64,000 nucleotides of DNA, taken from assembly GCA_035544735.1 (NCBI GenBank), contig DATKCD010000073.1, forward strand, positions 8,546-72,545. Reading direction: 5' to 3'. The notes below the pieces were generated by a model. The model searched no databases and was not told where the DNA came from. It saw only the letters and a program-made list of their open reading frames with translations. The translations under genes were made by a program, and so were the position numbers. Shown in pieces: positions 1-10,000 of the stretch. Origin of the DNA: Thermoanaerobaculia bacterium. Its GTDB lineage: Bacteria > Acidobacteriota > Thermoanaerobaculia > Gp7-AA8. Position 1 is the stretch's first letter, and every line of letters begins with the position of its first letter.

Positions 1-14
1 CGGGAGACGCGAAG

Positions 15-1988
15 GTGATCGAGGCCGAGTTCGTGGCGGAGGACGCAGCCGCGGGGCTGGGGCGCGCGCTCGACCGGCTGATCGAAGGGCTCGAGACCGA
101 GCGGGCACTTCGAATCGCGAAGCGGGCATTCGCCGAGGAGCTCGCGTTTCCCTACGAGCGGATGCGTCCCTTTCAGGCCGAGATGATCGACGCCGTCGCC
201 CGGACCGTCCGCGAGAGGGAGCTGCTGCTCGTCTCCGCCCCGACCGGAGTCGGCAAGACCATCGCCGCGATCTACCCCGCGCTCCGCGAGGCGCTCCGCG
301 CCGGCAGGAAGCTCTTCTACCTCACGCCGAAGACCCTCCAGCAGGAGATGGCGGTCGCCGCCCTCGGCATGCTCAACGACGGCTCGTTCCGCACCCTCCG
401 CGTCCGCGCGAAACAGAAGATGTGCGCCCATACGGAGGTGATCTGCCACGAGGACTTCTGCCCTTTCGCCGCGAAGTATCAGGAGAAGATGCAGCGGAAC
501 GGTCTGGTCGACCGGATCGCTTCCGATCTGTCGTACTTCGATCCCGACGTGATCTTCGAGATGGCGCGCGACGAGGAGGTCTGCCCGTTCGAGGTCTCGC
601 TCGAGCTGCTGGAAGAGGCGGACGTGGTCGTCTGCGACTACAACTACGTCTTCGACCCCTACATCGGCCTCAAGACCTGGAGCGACGGAGGCGACTGGTC
701 GGACGCGGTGCTGATCATCGACGAGGCGCACAACCTGGTCGATCGGGCCCGCGGCTACTATTCTCCCGAGATCTCCGGGAAGGACCTCGATCGGGTGGCC
801 TCCCACCTCGCCTCCCGCCCCGCCTTTCCCATCGACGGGTGGGAAGAGCTGCTCGAGCAGTTGCGCGATCAGCTCGCGTCGCTCGCCGAAGAGCTCGATG
901 GAGAGGTCAGCCAGGCGCTCTGCGAGCCCTCGGCGCGATTCTTCGTCTCTCAGCGGGCCGACTGGGAGCGCATCATGCTCCGCTACATCGCGTGGAAGAT
1001 CCAGCACCGCATCGCGGAAGAGGACGATCCGCTCATCGACTTCTATTTCCGCATCGTGAAGCTCTCGAACCTGCTCGGAGAGGACTGCGACGACCTCGCC
1101 AGGATCATCGAGCGCACTCCCGACGGGCCGAAGCTCAAGATCTTCTGCAAGGACCCGGCGCGATTCATCGCTCCGATCCTCGAGTCGGCCCATGCCGTGG
1201 TCGCGATCTCCGCCACCCTCCAGCCGTTCGAGTTCTACCGCAAGACCCTCGGGTTTCCGGAGCCACGCACCGCCGAGATCTCACTCCCCTCCCCCTTCCC
1301 GCGCGAGAACCGGAAGGTGATCGTCGTCTCCGAGGTCGATACGACGTACAGGAACCGGGCGCTCCATTTCGACCGGATCGCGCAGACCGTCGCCTCCATG
1401 GCCGAGTCGAACGAGGGAAATTTTCTCGCGCTCTTTCCCAGCTACGTCTTTCTCCGGGAGGTCTCCAGCCGCCTGCCGCCGACGCGCAAGAACACGCTGG
1501 TCCAGCGCCCGGACATGACCGACTGGGAGCGGCGCATGCTGCTCGACGCGCTGCGCGGAACGCGCGAGGGCGGCACGCTCGTCCTCGCCGTCTCCGGCGG
1601 CATGTACGCCGAGGGAATCGACTACCAGGGCGAGATGCTCTCCGGGGTCTTCGTGGTCGGCCCCGCACTCCCCTCGGTCTCGTTCGAGCAGGAGCTGCTC
1701 AAACAGTACTTCGACGAGCAGTACGGCGCGGGATTCGAGTACGCCTATCTGATTCCGGGGATGACGCGCGTGGTGCAGTCGGCCGGGCGCGTCATCCGCA
1801 GCGAGCGCGACGTCGGCGTCATCGCTCTGCTCTGCCGGCGCTTCACGCAGCCGATGTACACGCGCTTTTTCCCCGCCGAATGGTTCGACGAGTCTCCGCG
1901 CGAGCTCGTCACGCGCAGGCCGGTGGACGAGATCCGCGCCTTCTTCGAGGAGCGCCGCACCGGCCAGATGCGCCTCATGATTCCGTAG
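15..1988 (+). CDS. DinG/XPD(Rad3)-family ATP-dependent DNA helicase with FeS-cluster domain
   Basis: Walker A is VSAPTGVGKT and the DEAH box is LIIDEAHNL. Four Cys (CAHTEVICHEDFCPF...VCPF) lie between motifs I and II, as in FeS helicases. A C-terminal helicase_C2-like region ends in VQSAGRVIRS. GTG start at 15 is preceded by GGAGA; the true start could be upstream of the window. Confidence 0.8.
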   Translation: MIEAEFVAEDAAAGLGRALDRLIEGLETERALRIAKRAFAEELAFPYERMRPFQAEMIDAVARTVRERELLLVSAPTGVGKTIAAIYPALREALRAGRKLFYLTPKTLQQEMAVAALGMLNDGSFRTLRVRAKQKMCAHTEVICHEDFCPFAAKYQEKMQRNGLVDRIASDLSYFDPDVIFEMARDEEVCPFEVSLELLEEADVVVCDYNYVFDPYIGLKTWSDGGDWSDAVLIIDEAHNLVDRARGYYSPEISGKDLDRVASHLASRPAFPIDGWEELLEQLRDQLASLAEELDGEVSQALCEPSARFFVSQRADWERIMLRYIAWKIQHRIAEEDDPLIDFYFRIVKLSNLLGEDCDDLARIIERTPDGPKLKIFCKDPARFIAPILESAHAVVAISATLQPFEFYRKTLGFPEPRTAEISLPSPFPRENRKVIVVSEVDTTYRNRALHFDRIAQTVASMAESNEGNFLALFPSYVFLREVSSRLPPTRKNTLVQRPDMTDWERRMLLDALRGTREGGTLVLAVSGGMYAEGIDYQGEMLSGVFVVGPALPSVSFEQELLKQYFDEQYGAGFEYAYLIPGMTRVVQSAGRVIRSERDVGVIALLCRRFTQPMYTRFFPAEWFDESPRELVTRRPVDEIRAFFEERRTGQMRLMIP

Positions 1989-2087
1989 GGAGCGGAGGCG
2001 GTGACTCGGAGGGCCGCAAGGCGCGACATCAGCGCCGAGCCGAAGATCGTCATTCTTCGCCGCGCCCCAGGGTTAGAATGCGCGTCG

Positions 2088-2525
2088 ATGGACGAGTTCA
2101 TGGCAGCCGCGATCGCCGAGGCGGAGGAGGGGATGCGCGAAGGGGGCATCCCGATCGGGTCGGTTCTGGTGCACCGGGACGAGATCGTCGGCCGCGGTCA
2201 CAACCGCCGCGTCCAGCGCGGCAGCGCCGTCCTGCACGGCGAGATGGACGCGCTCGAGAATGCCGGCCGCCTCTCCGCCTCGATCTATCGCGATTCGACC
2301 ATCTACACCACGCTCTCCCCCTGCGCGATGTGCAGCGGCGCCATCCTCCTCTACGGGATCCCGCGCGTCGTCGTCGGCGAGAACCGCACCTTCCTCGGCG
2401 AAGAGGATCTGCTCCGCAGCCGCGGCGTCGCCGTCGACGTGCTCGAGGACCCCGCCTGCATCCGAATGATGGAGGAGTTCATCGCGCGACACCCCACCCT
2501 CTGGAACGAAGACATCGGGGTCTGA
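2088..2525 (+). CDS. Zinc-dependent cytosine deaminase (yeast FCY1-like CDA fold)
   Basis: It carries HGEMDALEN and SPCAMCSGAI zinc-ligand motifs and is near-collinear with FCY1 (TTLSPC.MC.GAI..YGIPR.VVGEN). The ATG at 2088 is in frame with ORF 2001..2525. Confidence 0.85.
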   Translation: MDEFMAAAIAEAEEGMREGGIPIGSVLVHRDEIVGRGHNRRVQRGSAVLHGEMDALENAGRLSASIYRDSTIYTTLSPCAMCSGAILLYGIPRVVVGENRTFLGEEDLLRSRGVAVDVLEDPACIRMMEEFIARHPTLWNEDIGV

Positions 2526-2935
2526 GGAGCGTCTGGTGCGTCTTGAGCGTCTTGAGCGTCTTGTGCGTCTTGAGCATCTGGAGCGTCTGGAGCATCTTGG
2601 GCGTCTTGAGCATCTGGAGCGTCTGGAGCATCTTGGGCGTCTGGCGCGGCACGGCCGCCCGGTGCAGGTGAATCGATTCCAGACTCACGAGACGCCCTAG
2701 ACGCACGAGACGCACGAGACGCACAAGACGCCCAAGACGCCCCAGACGCCCCAGACGCCCTAGACGCCCTAGACGCCCCAGACGCCCCAGACGCCCCAGA
2801 CGCCCCAGACGCCCAAGACGCCCCAGACGCCCAAGACGCCCAAGACGCTCCAGACGCCCAAGACGCCCAAGACGCCCAGGACGCCTCAGACCCCCTCGAC
2901 GCTCCAGACGCCCTGGACGCCGTGATCGACGTCCG
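2526..2935. repeat. Inverted array of 9-bp tandem repeats (left arm GAGCGTCTT-like x~13, right arm AAGACGCCC-like x~27) forming a potential ~120-bp-stem hairpin
   Basis: Read directly from the sequence. Positions 2526-2650 hold 9-mers gcgtcttga/gcgtctgga/gcatcttgg. Positions 2690-2930 hold their reverse complements agacgcccc/agacgccca/agacgccct. A ~45-bp unique spacer separates the arms. The array sits between convergent genes. Confidence 0.9.
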
Positions 2936-3944
2936 AAGGCTGGACGGTGACTCGCTCGCCCGCGCGCTCGGGCCCCTGGAACAGGATCGGGTGCAGCACC
3001 CGCTCGAGGATCGCCCGGAGCCCGCGAGCGCCCAGCTTCTGGCGGAGGGCGGCGTGGGCGATGGCGTAGAGGGCTTCCGTGGAGAACTCGAGCTGGAGCT
3101 GATCGAGGGCGCAGAGGCGCTGGTATTCGGGCACGAGCGCCTCGCGAGGCTGCGTGAGGATGGCCACCAGGTCGTCGGCCGTGAGCGCATCGAGGTGCAC
3201 GCGGACGGGAAGGCGGCCCAGCAGCTCGGGAAGGAATCCGTAGCGGACGAGCTCGTCGGTGCGCGGTTCGGCCGCCGGGCCCGCCCCCGAGCCGAAGAAC
3301 CCGATCGGCTTCGCGTCGGGCTCCTGCTCGAGATCCGAGAACGAGCCGGAGCAGATGAACAGTATGTTCGAGATGTCGAGCTCGACGTAGTCGTACTTGT
3401 TCCAGTGAGCGGTGACGTTCATCGGGACGAAGATCTTCTCGCCTTCGAGGATCTTGAGCAGAGCCTGCTGAACCCCTTCTCCGCCGATGTCGCGGGAACC
3501 GGCGCCGGTCCTCGCGCCGCCCGAGCGGCGGGCGATCTTGTCGATCTCGTCGATGAAGACGATTCCGGTCTCGGCCTGGCCTACGTCCTGATTCGTGCTG
3601 TAGAGCAGACGGCCGATCGCGACCTCGACGTCCTCGCCGTAATACCCGGCTTCCGTGAATGCGGTCGCGTCGTTGTAGGCGAACGGGACGTCGAGAATGC
3701 GGGCCAGCGTGCGCGCCAGATACGTCTTGCCCGATCCGGTCGGGCCGATCATCAGAACGTTCGACTTGTGGATCGATGATTCGCCCGAGAAGCGGAGGTA
3801 CTCGATGCGCTTGAGATGGTTGTATGCCGCGATCGCGAGAACTTCCTTCGCGTGTCGCTGCCCGACGACGAACTGGTCGAGCTGCTCGTAAATTCGGCGC
3901 GGAGTGATGTGGAGAAAGCGGTAGACGTCGCGCCTTTCCTTCAT
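2886..3944 (-). CDS. ClpX-like AAA+ ATPase lacking the N-terminal zinc-binding domain
   Basis: ClpX N-terminal signature YEQLDQFVVGQRHAKEVLAIAAYNHLKRI, Walker A GPTGSGKT, Walker B IVFIDEIDKI. The pore loop is GYYGEDVE (canonical GYVG). An IGF-loop PIGFFGSGAG is retained. There is no C4 zinc ribbon. The start Met is residue 114 of ORF 2886..4283. Confidence 0.8.
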   Translation of the reverse strand: MKERRDVYRFLHITPRRIYEQLDQFVVGQRHAKEVLAIAAYNHLKRIEYLRFSGESSIHKSNVLMIGPTGSGKTYLARTLARILDVPFAYNDATAFTEAGYYGEDVEVAIGRLLYSTNQDVGQAETGIVFIDEIDKIARRSGGARTGAGSRDIGGEGVQQALLKILEGEKIFVPMNVTAHWNKYDYVELDISNILFICSGSFSDLEQEPDAKPIGFFGSGAGPAAEPRTDELVRYGFLPELLGRLPVRVHLDALTADDLVAILTQPREALVPEYQRLCALDQLQLEFSTEALYAIAHAALRQKLGARGLRAILERVLHPILFQGPERAGERVTVQPSDVDHGVQGVWSVEGV

Positions 3945-4321
3945 CGGATCCCCGCATCCGAGTATAGCACCGGCGCGGAGCCGGCTTCCGCCGCCGCGCC
4001 CCTGCAGAAACTTTTGCACTCGGCTTCCCGACGCAAAAAATCTTGACACTCCGTCCGACGGGGATTCGAGCCCGATCCCCCGGTCCCAGAAGCGTTTGAC
4101 CCCTTCAGCCACGTTCGGCCGAGCCCTTGAACTGTCGTGCCGGCGAAGGAGGTGATGCCGGAGCGAGAACGAACAGATTTGATCGGAGTCAGGTGAACGG
4201 TGTGGGTTCGTCACCAGGCTCTCGAGCCGGAACGTCTCGAAAGCAGACATACGAAACTCGAAACCACGAACAAGACTCAGCACTCACTCTCGAAACGAAA
4301 CGAAAAGGAGGGTTTCACGAC

Positions 4322-4690
4322 ATGCGGATTCTTCAGTCCCGAATGATTCTCATCCTCACCCTGCTCGTCCTCGGGGCGGGCACGGCCCTCGCCGACGAGG
4401 CGGCGCCGGCGGCGGGCGTGGTCAACATCAACACGGCGGCCGCCTTGCAGCTCGAGCTGCTCCCCGGAGTCGGCCCGAAGGTCGCCGAGCGGATCGTCGC
4501 CTGGCGCGACCAGAACGGCCCGTTCAAGAAGACGACCGACCTGATGCAGATCCAGGGGATCGGCGAAAAAACCTTCGAGCGTCTGAGCCCCTATCTGACC
4601 CTCGAAGGGAAGACCACCCTGGCGAGCGAAGTCCGCCTTCCGCGGAAACCGCGCGCAGACTCGCCCTCCAACAAGGCGCAACGGCAGTAG
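4322..4690 (+). CDS. comEA: ComEA-like helix-hairpin-helix DNA-binding competence protein
   Basis: It has a signal peptide (MRILQSRMILILTLLVLGAGTALA) followed by tandem HhH motifs (VNINTAAALQLELLPGVGPKVAERIV...IQGIGEKTFERL). RBS AAGGAGGG lies upstream. Confidence 0.8.
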   Translation: MRILQSRMILILTLLVLGAGTALADEAAPAAGVVNINTAAALQLELLPGVGPKVAERIVAWRDQNGPFKKTTDLMQIQGIGEKTFERLSPYLTLEGKTTLASEVRLPRKPRADSPSNKAQRQ

Positions 4691-4785
4691 CCTCGCGCCT
4701 CCCGCCACCCGGGGCCGCTCCGTCACCGGAGCGGCCCCCCTCGAACCGACCGCCCGCGCCCGCCAGAGCGCGAAAGGAGTGTCCC

Positions 4786-5379
4786 GTGTTTCGACGCCGG
4801 AAAGGATTCGCCCTCGTCGAGATGCTCGCCGTCGTGGCGATCGTCGGCCTGATCGTCGCGGTGAGCGTGCCCGCGTTCGGCACGATTCGCCGGAAGGCTG
4901 CGCTTCGCGCTTCCGTCCACGAGATCCGGTCCGTCATCCGGCTGGGCCGCTCGCGCGCGATCGCGCGCGGAGAGCACTCCGCGATCAAGTTCCGCAAAAC
5001 GGGAGAGGTCTGGACCTGGGCGCTCGTCGACGACCTCGACGGAGACGGCGTCCGAAACGACGACATTCTCGCGGGCATCGATCTGGTGATCGGGCGCTAT
5101 CGCGACGTGCTGGTCGCCTCGGACGAGGTCGCCATCGCCCTCCCGAGCTTTCCCGTCCGCGACCCGGATACCAAGAAGTTTCTTCCGGCGAACGCTTCGC
5201 CGGTCCGCTTCAATGCATCGACCCTCTGCTCGTTCGGTCCTCTCGGCGGAGGGACTTCCGGCTCGATCTTCCTGACCAACCGTTGGGACGACGTGGCGAT
5301 GGTGCGCGTGTCCGGAGCGACCGGGCGCGTTCGCGCGATTCTCTACGACCGCGGGACCGAGACCTGGGGTGGGCTTTGA
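4786..5379 (+). CDS. Prepilin-type N-terminal cleavage/methylation domain protein (type IV minor pilin / GspH-FimT-like pseudopilin)
   Basis: N-terminus RRKGFALVEMLAVVAIVGLIVA is a class III signal peptide (G|F cleavage site, Glu at +5). GTG start. Confidence 0.75.
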   Translation: MFRRRKGFALVEMLAVVAIVGLIVAVSVPAFGTIRRKAALRASVHEIRSVIRLGRSRAIARGEHSAIKFRKTGEVWTWALVDDLDGDGVRNDDILAGIDLVIGRYRDVLVASDEVAIALPSFPVRDPDTKKFLPANASPVRFNASTLCSFGPLGGGTSGSIFLTNRWDDVAMVRVSGATGRVRAILYDRGTETWGGL

Positions 5380-7049
5380 GGCGCCAGCGGCTCGACCGGG
5401 TCGGGCCGGCGGACGAGCAGCCGCTCGCTCTCGTAGGACTGGATCAGCGAGATCGGGCTCCCGCGAAGGAACGGATCGGTGAACGCCTCCGTGACGACCC
5501 GCCCGTCCATGTCGCGGCCGACCGGAAGCCCGGCGGCGAACAGCAACGTCGGAATGACGTCGACGACCTCGATTCCGGGGGCGTTCGCTCGCGGCGCGGC
5601 TCCGGGTGCGAGCAGGAGCAGGAACCCGTCGTCGGCGCCGGGATCGATGAGCTCCTCGACGGCGCGCACGAGGGTCGGAATCGTACCGGGGAGCACGGGA
5701 GGATGGGGGGCCGTGGGGGAGACGATCGCGAGGACGCCCGTGTCGGCAGTCTCGGCGAGGCGGGCCAGCGAAGCGTCGAGCACGGAGAGAACGGCCCGGA
5801 TGGCATCTCCCTCCGGAGAGTGGCGAGGGGGCAGAGCGTTCCTCTCGGTCTCGAGGACTCTCACGGCTCGCGCGACCGAGTGGAGCTCGATCGCGAGCAG
5901 AGACTTCGATCCCGCCGCGAGCGAAGACTCGATCCGCCGCACGTCTTCGGCGACCGCGGCGCGGATTTCGCGCGACGCTTCGGCCGGGAGCCGCTCGCTC
6001 GTCCTCGCCAGACTCTCGGCCAGCCCGGCTGTGCCCGCCGTCTCGCCGCTCTCTCCCTCCTCCGCGCCCTGGTCATCGCGGTTCACCCCGTCCCATCCGT
6101 GGACGCTCGCGTCGAATCCGAGCCGCTCCCAGGCGCGCCAGAACGGCATCGATCGCCCCGACGGCAGCAGCGCGGAGATCCGTTCCACCGGCGGGATCAG
6201 CCCCCATCCCTTGAACCCGACTCCGAAGGGGACGAGCAGAAACGGCTCGCCGGGCCGGTTCAGCAGCGTCTGATACGAGAACCGTCCGGTCACGCCGTGC
6301 CGGTTGGGAAGCTTCCCGGTCGCGAGCGAGGCCCAGAGCGCCTTCGGGCTCGTCGTTCGGAACGGCTCGACGCGCGTGAAGAACCCGCGCTCGATGGCTT
6401 CGCTGAGAAAGGGGATCGATCCCTCGCCCCGGAGCGTGATGATCCAGTCGTAGGGAAGGTCGCGCATCGCGACCAGCACGGTAGGGCGCTGCTGTCCGAC
6501 CGCGACCGTGGCGACGACCGGAGCGCGCACCTCGGTCCGATAGCCCTCGCGTCGCTGGTAGAGGAAGAAGCTCGAGACGAAGATCAGCGCCACGCCCGTC
6601 GTGAAGAGGATGCGGGAAGTCCTTCGCGAAGCCGTCCGCTCGAAGAGCCACAGGATGAGCAGCAGTGCCGCGGTCACGGCGATCACCGTGGTCGCCTTCG
6701 AGAGGATGCGGATCGCTCCGCGCGGAAGATAGATGCGGAGCGCGGCCAGGTGTGCCCAGTAGACGAGGGCGGAGATGAATGCGGCGGCGACCACGAATCC
6801 GAATCCGTGCGGGCGATATCCGTCGGACTCCTCGTCCCGGCCGAACAGACGAAACCGCGCGGACCTCGACCACCAGAGGATGCTGCCGAAGATCAGCCCG
6901 CACAGCACGCCGTAGATCAGCGTCACGGCGATCAGCCTGGGCGCCGTGATGTCGATCTGCGGGTTCAGGTAATACAGCAGGTGGGCCATGTAGAGGCCGA
7001 AGATCGCCCCAGCCACGACCCGCTTGGAGTAGCTCCAGGGGAAGCGCAT
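5343..7049 (-). CDS. Membrane-anchored alkaline-phosphatase-superfamily protein (type I phosphodiesterase/nucleotide pyrophosphatase-like)
   Basis: About five N-terminal TM helices precede a soluble domain with TTSPKALWASLATGKLPNRHGV (AlkP-core metal/nucleophile region) and a C-terminal PTLLFAAGLP motif. Its 3' end overlaps the pilin-like gene by 37 bp, convergently. Confidence 0.5.
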   Translation of the reverse strand: MRFPWSYSKRVVAGAIFGLYMAHLLYYLNPQIDITAPRLIAVTLIYGVLCGLIFGSILWWSRSARFRLFGRDEESDGYRPHGFGFVVAAAFISALVYWAHLAALRIYLPRGAIRILSKATTVIAVTAALLLILWLFERTASRRTSRILFTTGVALIFVSSFFLYQRREGYRTEVRAPVVATVAVGQQRPTVLVAMRDLPYDWIITLRGEGSIPFLSEAIERGFFTRVEPFRTTSPKALWASLATGKLPNRHGVTGRFSYQTLLNRPGEPFLLVPFGVGFKGWGLIPPVERISALLPSGRSMPFWRAWERLGFDASVHGWDGVNRDDQGAEEGESGETAGTAGLAESLARTSERLPAEASREIRAAVAEDVRRIESSLAAGSKSLLAIELHSVARAVRVLETERNALPPRHSPEGDAIRAVLSVLDASLARLAETADTGVLAIVSPTAPHPPVLPGTIPTLVRAVEELIDPGADDGFLLLLAPGAAPRANAPGIEVVDVIPTLLFAAGLPVGRDMDGRVVTEAFTDPFLRGSPISLIQSYESERLLVRRPDPVEPLAPQSPPQVSVPRS

Positions 7050-7081
7050 GCGCAGCGCCGTAGTGTAGCAGGGGGGCGGAG

Positions 7082-10000
7082 GTGATCCCTCCCGATGCCG
7101 TCGCGGCGTGCGCCGACCTCCAGGGCGTCGCCGCCCTTCTGCGCGAGCTCGGCTGGGACGTCGCGCTCCGGCCGCTCGATCCGGGATTCTGGCGGAGATG
7201 CAACGTGGCGCCTCTGCCCGACACCGCGCATCTGTTTCACGCCTCCCGTCACGGGCCGATCGAGCTGTTCGTCGCGGAAGGGACCGCCGCCCGCGACGCC
7301 GTCGCGGCTTTCACCGGCGCGCTCTCGTCGTGGAATCTCCTGCTTCGATTCGTCACGGTCTATCGTGACTCGGAGACGGGGTCGATCTCGATCTTCGGCA
7401 CGGATGGGAAGCGCCGGCTGCGCCGCATCGATCTCGACCGAACTTCGCCCAGGGCCGAAGCGCTCGCGCGGGCGGGCGCCCTGGAACTGCGCGGGACCGC
7501 CTCGTCGGCCGACTTCGTCACGGGCCTGGAGCGCGCCTTCGAGAAAGAGAGCGTCGGCCGGAAGTTCTTCCTGCGGTTCCGGGACGACGTCGCCCGCCTC
7601 TCGCTCGACCTCGCGCGCGCCTGTCCGGCCGAGGATCCCCGTGCCCTCGCCGCCGAATCTCTGCTGATTCTCTCGAGAATCCTCTTCCTCTGTTTCATCC
7701 AGGAGAAAGGGTGGCTGGACGGAAATCGCGCATACCTGTCCGATCTGGTGCGCCGATCGGCGAAGGTTCGCGAAGGAATGTTCTCGGGGGTGTTCCTGCC
7801 GCTCTTCTTCGGCTGCCTGAACACTCCGCCCGCGCGTCGCGATCCGTTCGCGCGAAAGCTGGGGCGGGTCCCCTACCTCAACGGCGGACTGTTCGAGCCG
7901 AGCGCGTTCGAGCGCCGCCACCCGGTCATCGGGCTGGACGACGCCGTGCTCGAATCGATTCTGTTCGACACCTTCGAACGTTTCCAGTTCACGATCGAAG
8001 AGGACGACGAGACCGGCGCGCACATCGACCCGGAGATGCTCGGACGGGTCTTCGAGACGCTGATGGCGGAGGACGAGCGCGCGGAGAGTGGGAGCTTCTA
8101 CACGCCGCGTGAGGTCGTCGACGTGTTGACGGCCCGGGCGATCGCCGTCCGGGTCGGGCGGGACGAGCGGCGCGCGGGCGCGGTTCTGGCGCGATGGGCG
8201 GCGGAAGGGGAGGCGGAGATCGAGAGCATCGCGAGCCGCGAGCTTCTCGTCCGCCTTCGATCGATTCGGATCCTCGATCCCGCCTGCGGGTCGGGGGCAT
8301 TCCTTCTCGCCGCGCTTCACTCGCTCGAGGGCCTCGAGCGCCGGATCTGTGAAGGGCTGGGGATCCCGCCGCCCGCCGGCGTGCGGCGCCGGATCGTCGC
8401 GAGGTCGCTTCACGGAATCGATCTCAAGCCCGAGGCCGTCCGCCTGTGCGAGCTCCGCCTCTGGCTCGCGATCGCCTCGGCTCACGACGGCGATTCGATG
8501 GAGATCGAGCCTCTCCCCAACCTCGACCGGAACATCCTCCAGGGAAACGCGCTGATCGGCCCGCTCGACTTCGCCGGAGGTGCGCGCTTCGATCTGGTCC
8601 GCGAGTGGTCGTTCGCCCTTCGCGCCCGCGAAGGGATGCTCGAGCGGTACCGCGTCGCCGCGCCGGCGGAGCGGCGCTCGCTGGCTGCGGCTCTGCGGAG
8701 CTCGGACCGGGAGCTCGCGCTCGCGATGACCTCGCGTGCGGCCGAGGTCGCACGGGACGAAGTCGACGATCTGGTCCGCCGCCAGGGCTCGCTGTTCGGG
8801 GGGAAACCGCGCCGGAACGACCCGCGAATCGCAGCGATCGAGGCGCGGATCGAAGCGGCGGATCGTGAGCGGGCGCGCATCGAGTCGGGAGAGATCGGCT
8901 TCTTCGCCCCTGACGTCCATTTCGCGCACGTCGAGCGGGACGGCGGATTCGACCTCGTGCTCGGCAACCCTCCCTGGGTCCGCGCGCCGCGCATCGAGCC
9001 ATCCCAGCGCAAAAAGCTCGCCGAGCGCTATCCGATGTTCGGCAAACCGATGCGCGGGAGCGCCATCCATCAGGGAGAGCTCGCGCTCGCCTTCTTCGAG
9101 AAGAGCCTCCGGCTCGCCGCTCCGGGAGGCGTGGTCGCCCTTCTCGTTCCGGCCAAGGTCGCGACCGCCGATTACGCCGCCCGATTTCGTTCCGAGATCA
9201 GTCGTCACGGCCGCCTCGTCGAGATCCGCGACTGGAGCGAGCGCGCACGCTCGCTCTTCGACGCAGACACGTTTCCGCTCGGTGTCGTCCTGCTGAAGGG
9301 CGCCCGGCCGGCGACGACGCTCGTGGTGGACGGCGCGTCCGGATTCGCGGTACCACAGAGACGCCTGGGCGATCGCGCCGGCGGCCCGTGGATCCTCGCT
9401 CCCGCCGAGGTTCGCTCGATCCTCGATCGTCTGCGCGATGCCGGCGAGCCGTTCGCGACGCGGTTCGCTCCCCCCATCATGGGCATCAAGACGGGAGCCA
9501 ACCTCGAGTTCTTCGTCGAGCCGGAGATCGTGAACGGATCACGGTGGGCTCGGCTGGCCGGCATCGAGGTGCCCATCGAGGCTCTCTGCCGCGTCGTGCG
9601 CGGGCGCGACGTTCGCCGATGGAGCGCCCACGGATCGGTCTGGATGCTCTGGCCCCGGCCGGGCGAGCCGTGGTTCGAGCGTTGGCGCGCCTCGGGCGGA
9701 CCGAAGCCGGCTTCGCTCGCCTACTCTCGGCCCGCCCACTTCGGTTCGAAGGTCGTCTGGAAGGACATCTCGCGCGGGATGTCGGCGGCCGCGGTGCCGC
9801 CGGAAACCGAGTTCGAAGGACGTCGCGTCGCCCTCGTTCCGAATCAGACCGTCTATTGCGCGGAGGTCCCGAACATGGAGCAGGCTCACCTCGCCGCGGC
9901 GCTGCTCAACTCGACTCTCGCGGGCGCGTGGCTCGCCTCGGTCGCCGACCGCGCGAAAGACTCCCACTTCCGCTATTTCGGCAGGACGGTGGCGGGACTG

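Noticed and set aside
422-2671. 749-aa ORF in an alternate frame across the helicase and deaminase genes
   Set aside because: It is Arg/Pro/Gly-rich low complexity, typical of an off-frame reading of ~70% GC DNA. It overlaps two genes with clear homology in other frames.
2526-2935. Possible CRISPR array
   Set aside because: The repeat unit is only 9 bp with no interspersed unique spacers. The arms are reverse complements of each other. No cas genes are nearby.
2351-3957. Minus-strand ORFs encoding GRLGRLG…, ASWASWASG… and DAQDAPDAP… repeat peptides
   Set aside because: They are direct translations of the 9-bp tandem repeat in arbitrary frames. They have no start context or independent support, though a repeat-encoded extension of the ClpX-like protein remains a formal possibility.
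4061-4088. tRNA-like fragment (gggattcgagcccgatcccccggtccca) as a possible integrase att-site remnant
   Set aside because: It forms only a 6-bp stem with a 9-nt loop, which is not a canonical T-arm. There is no acceptor-stem complement or CCA in register, and no integrase gene nearby.
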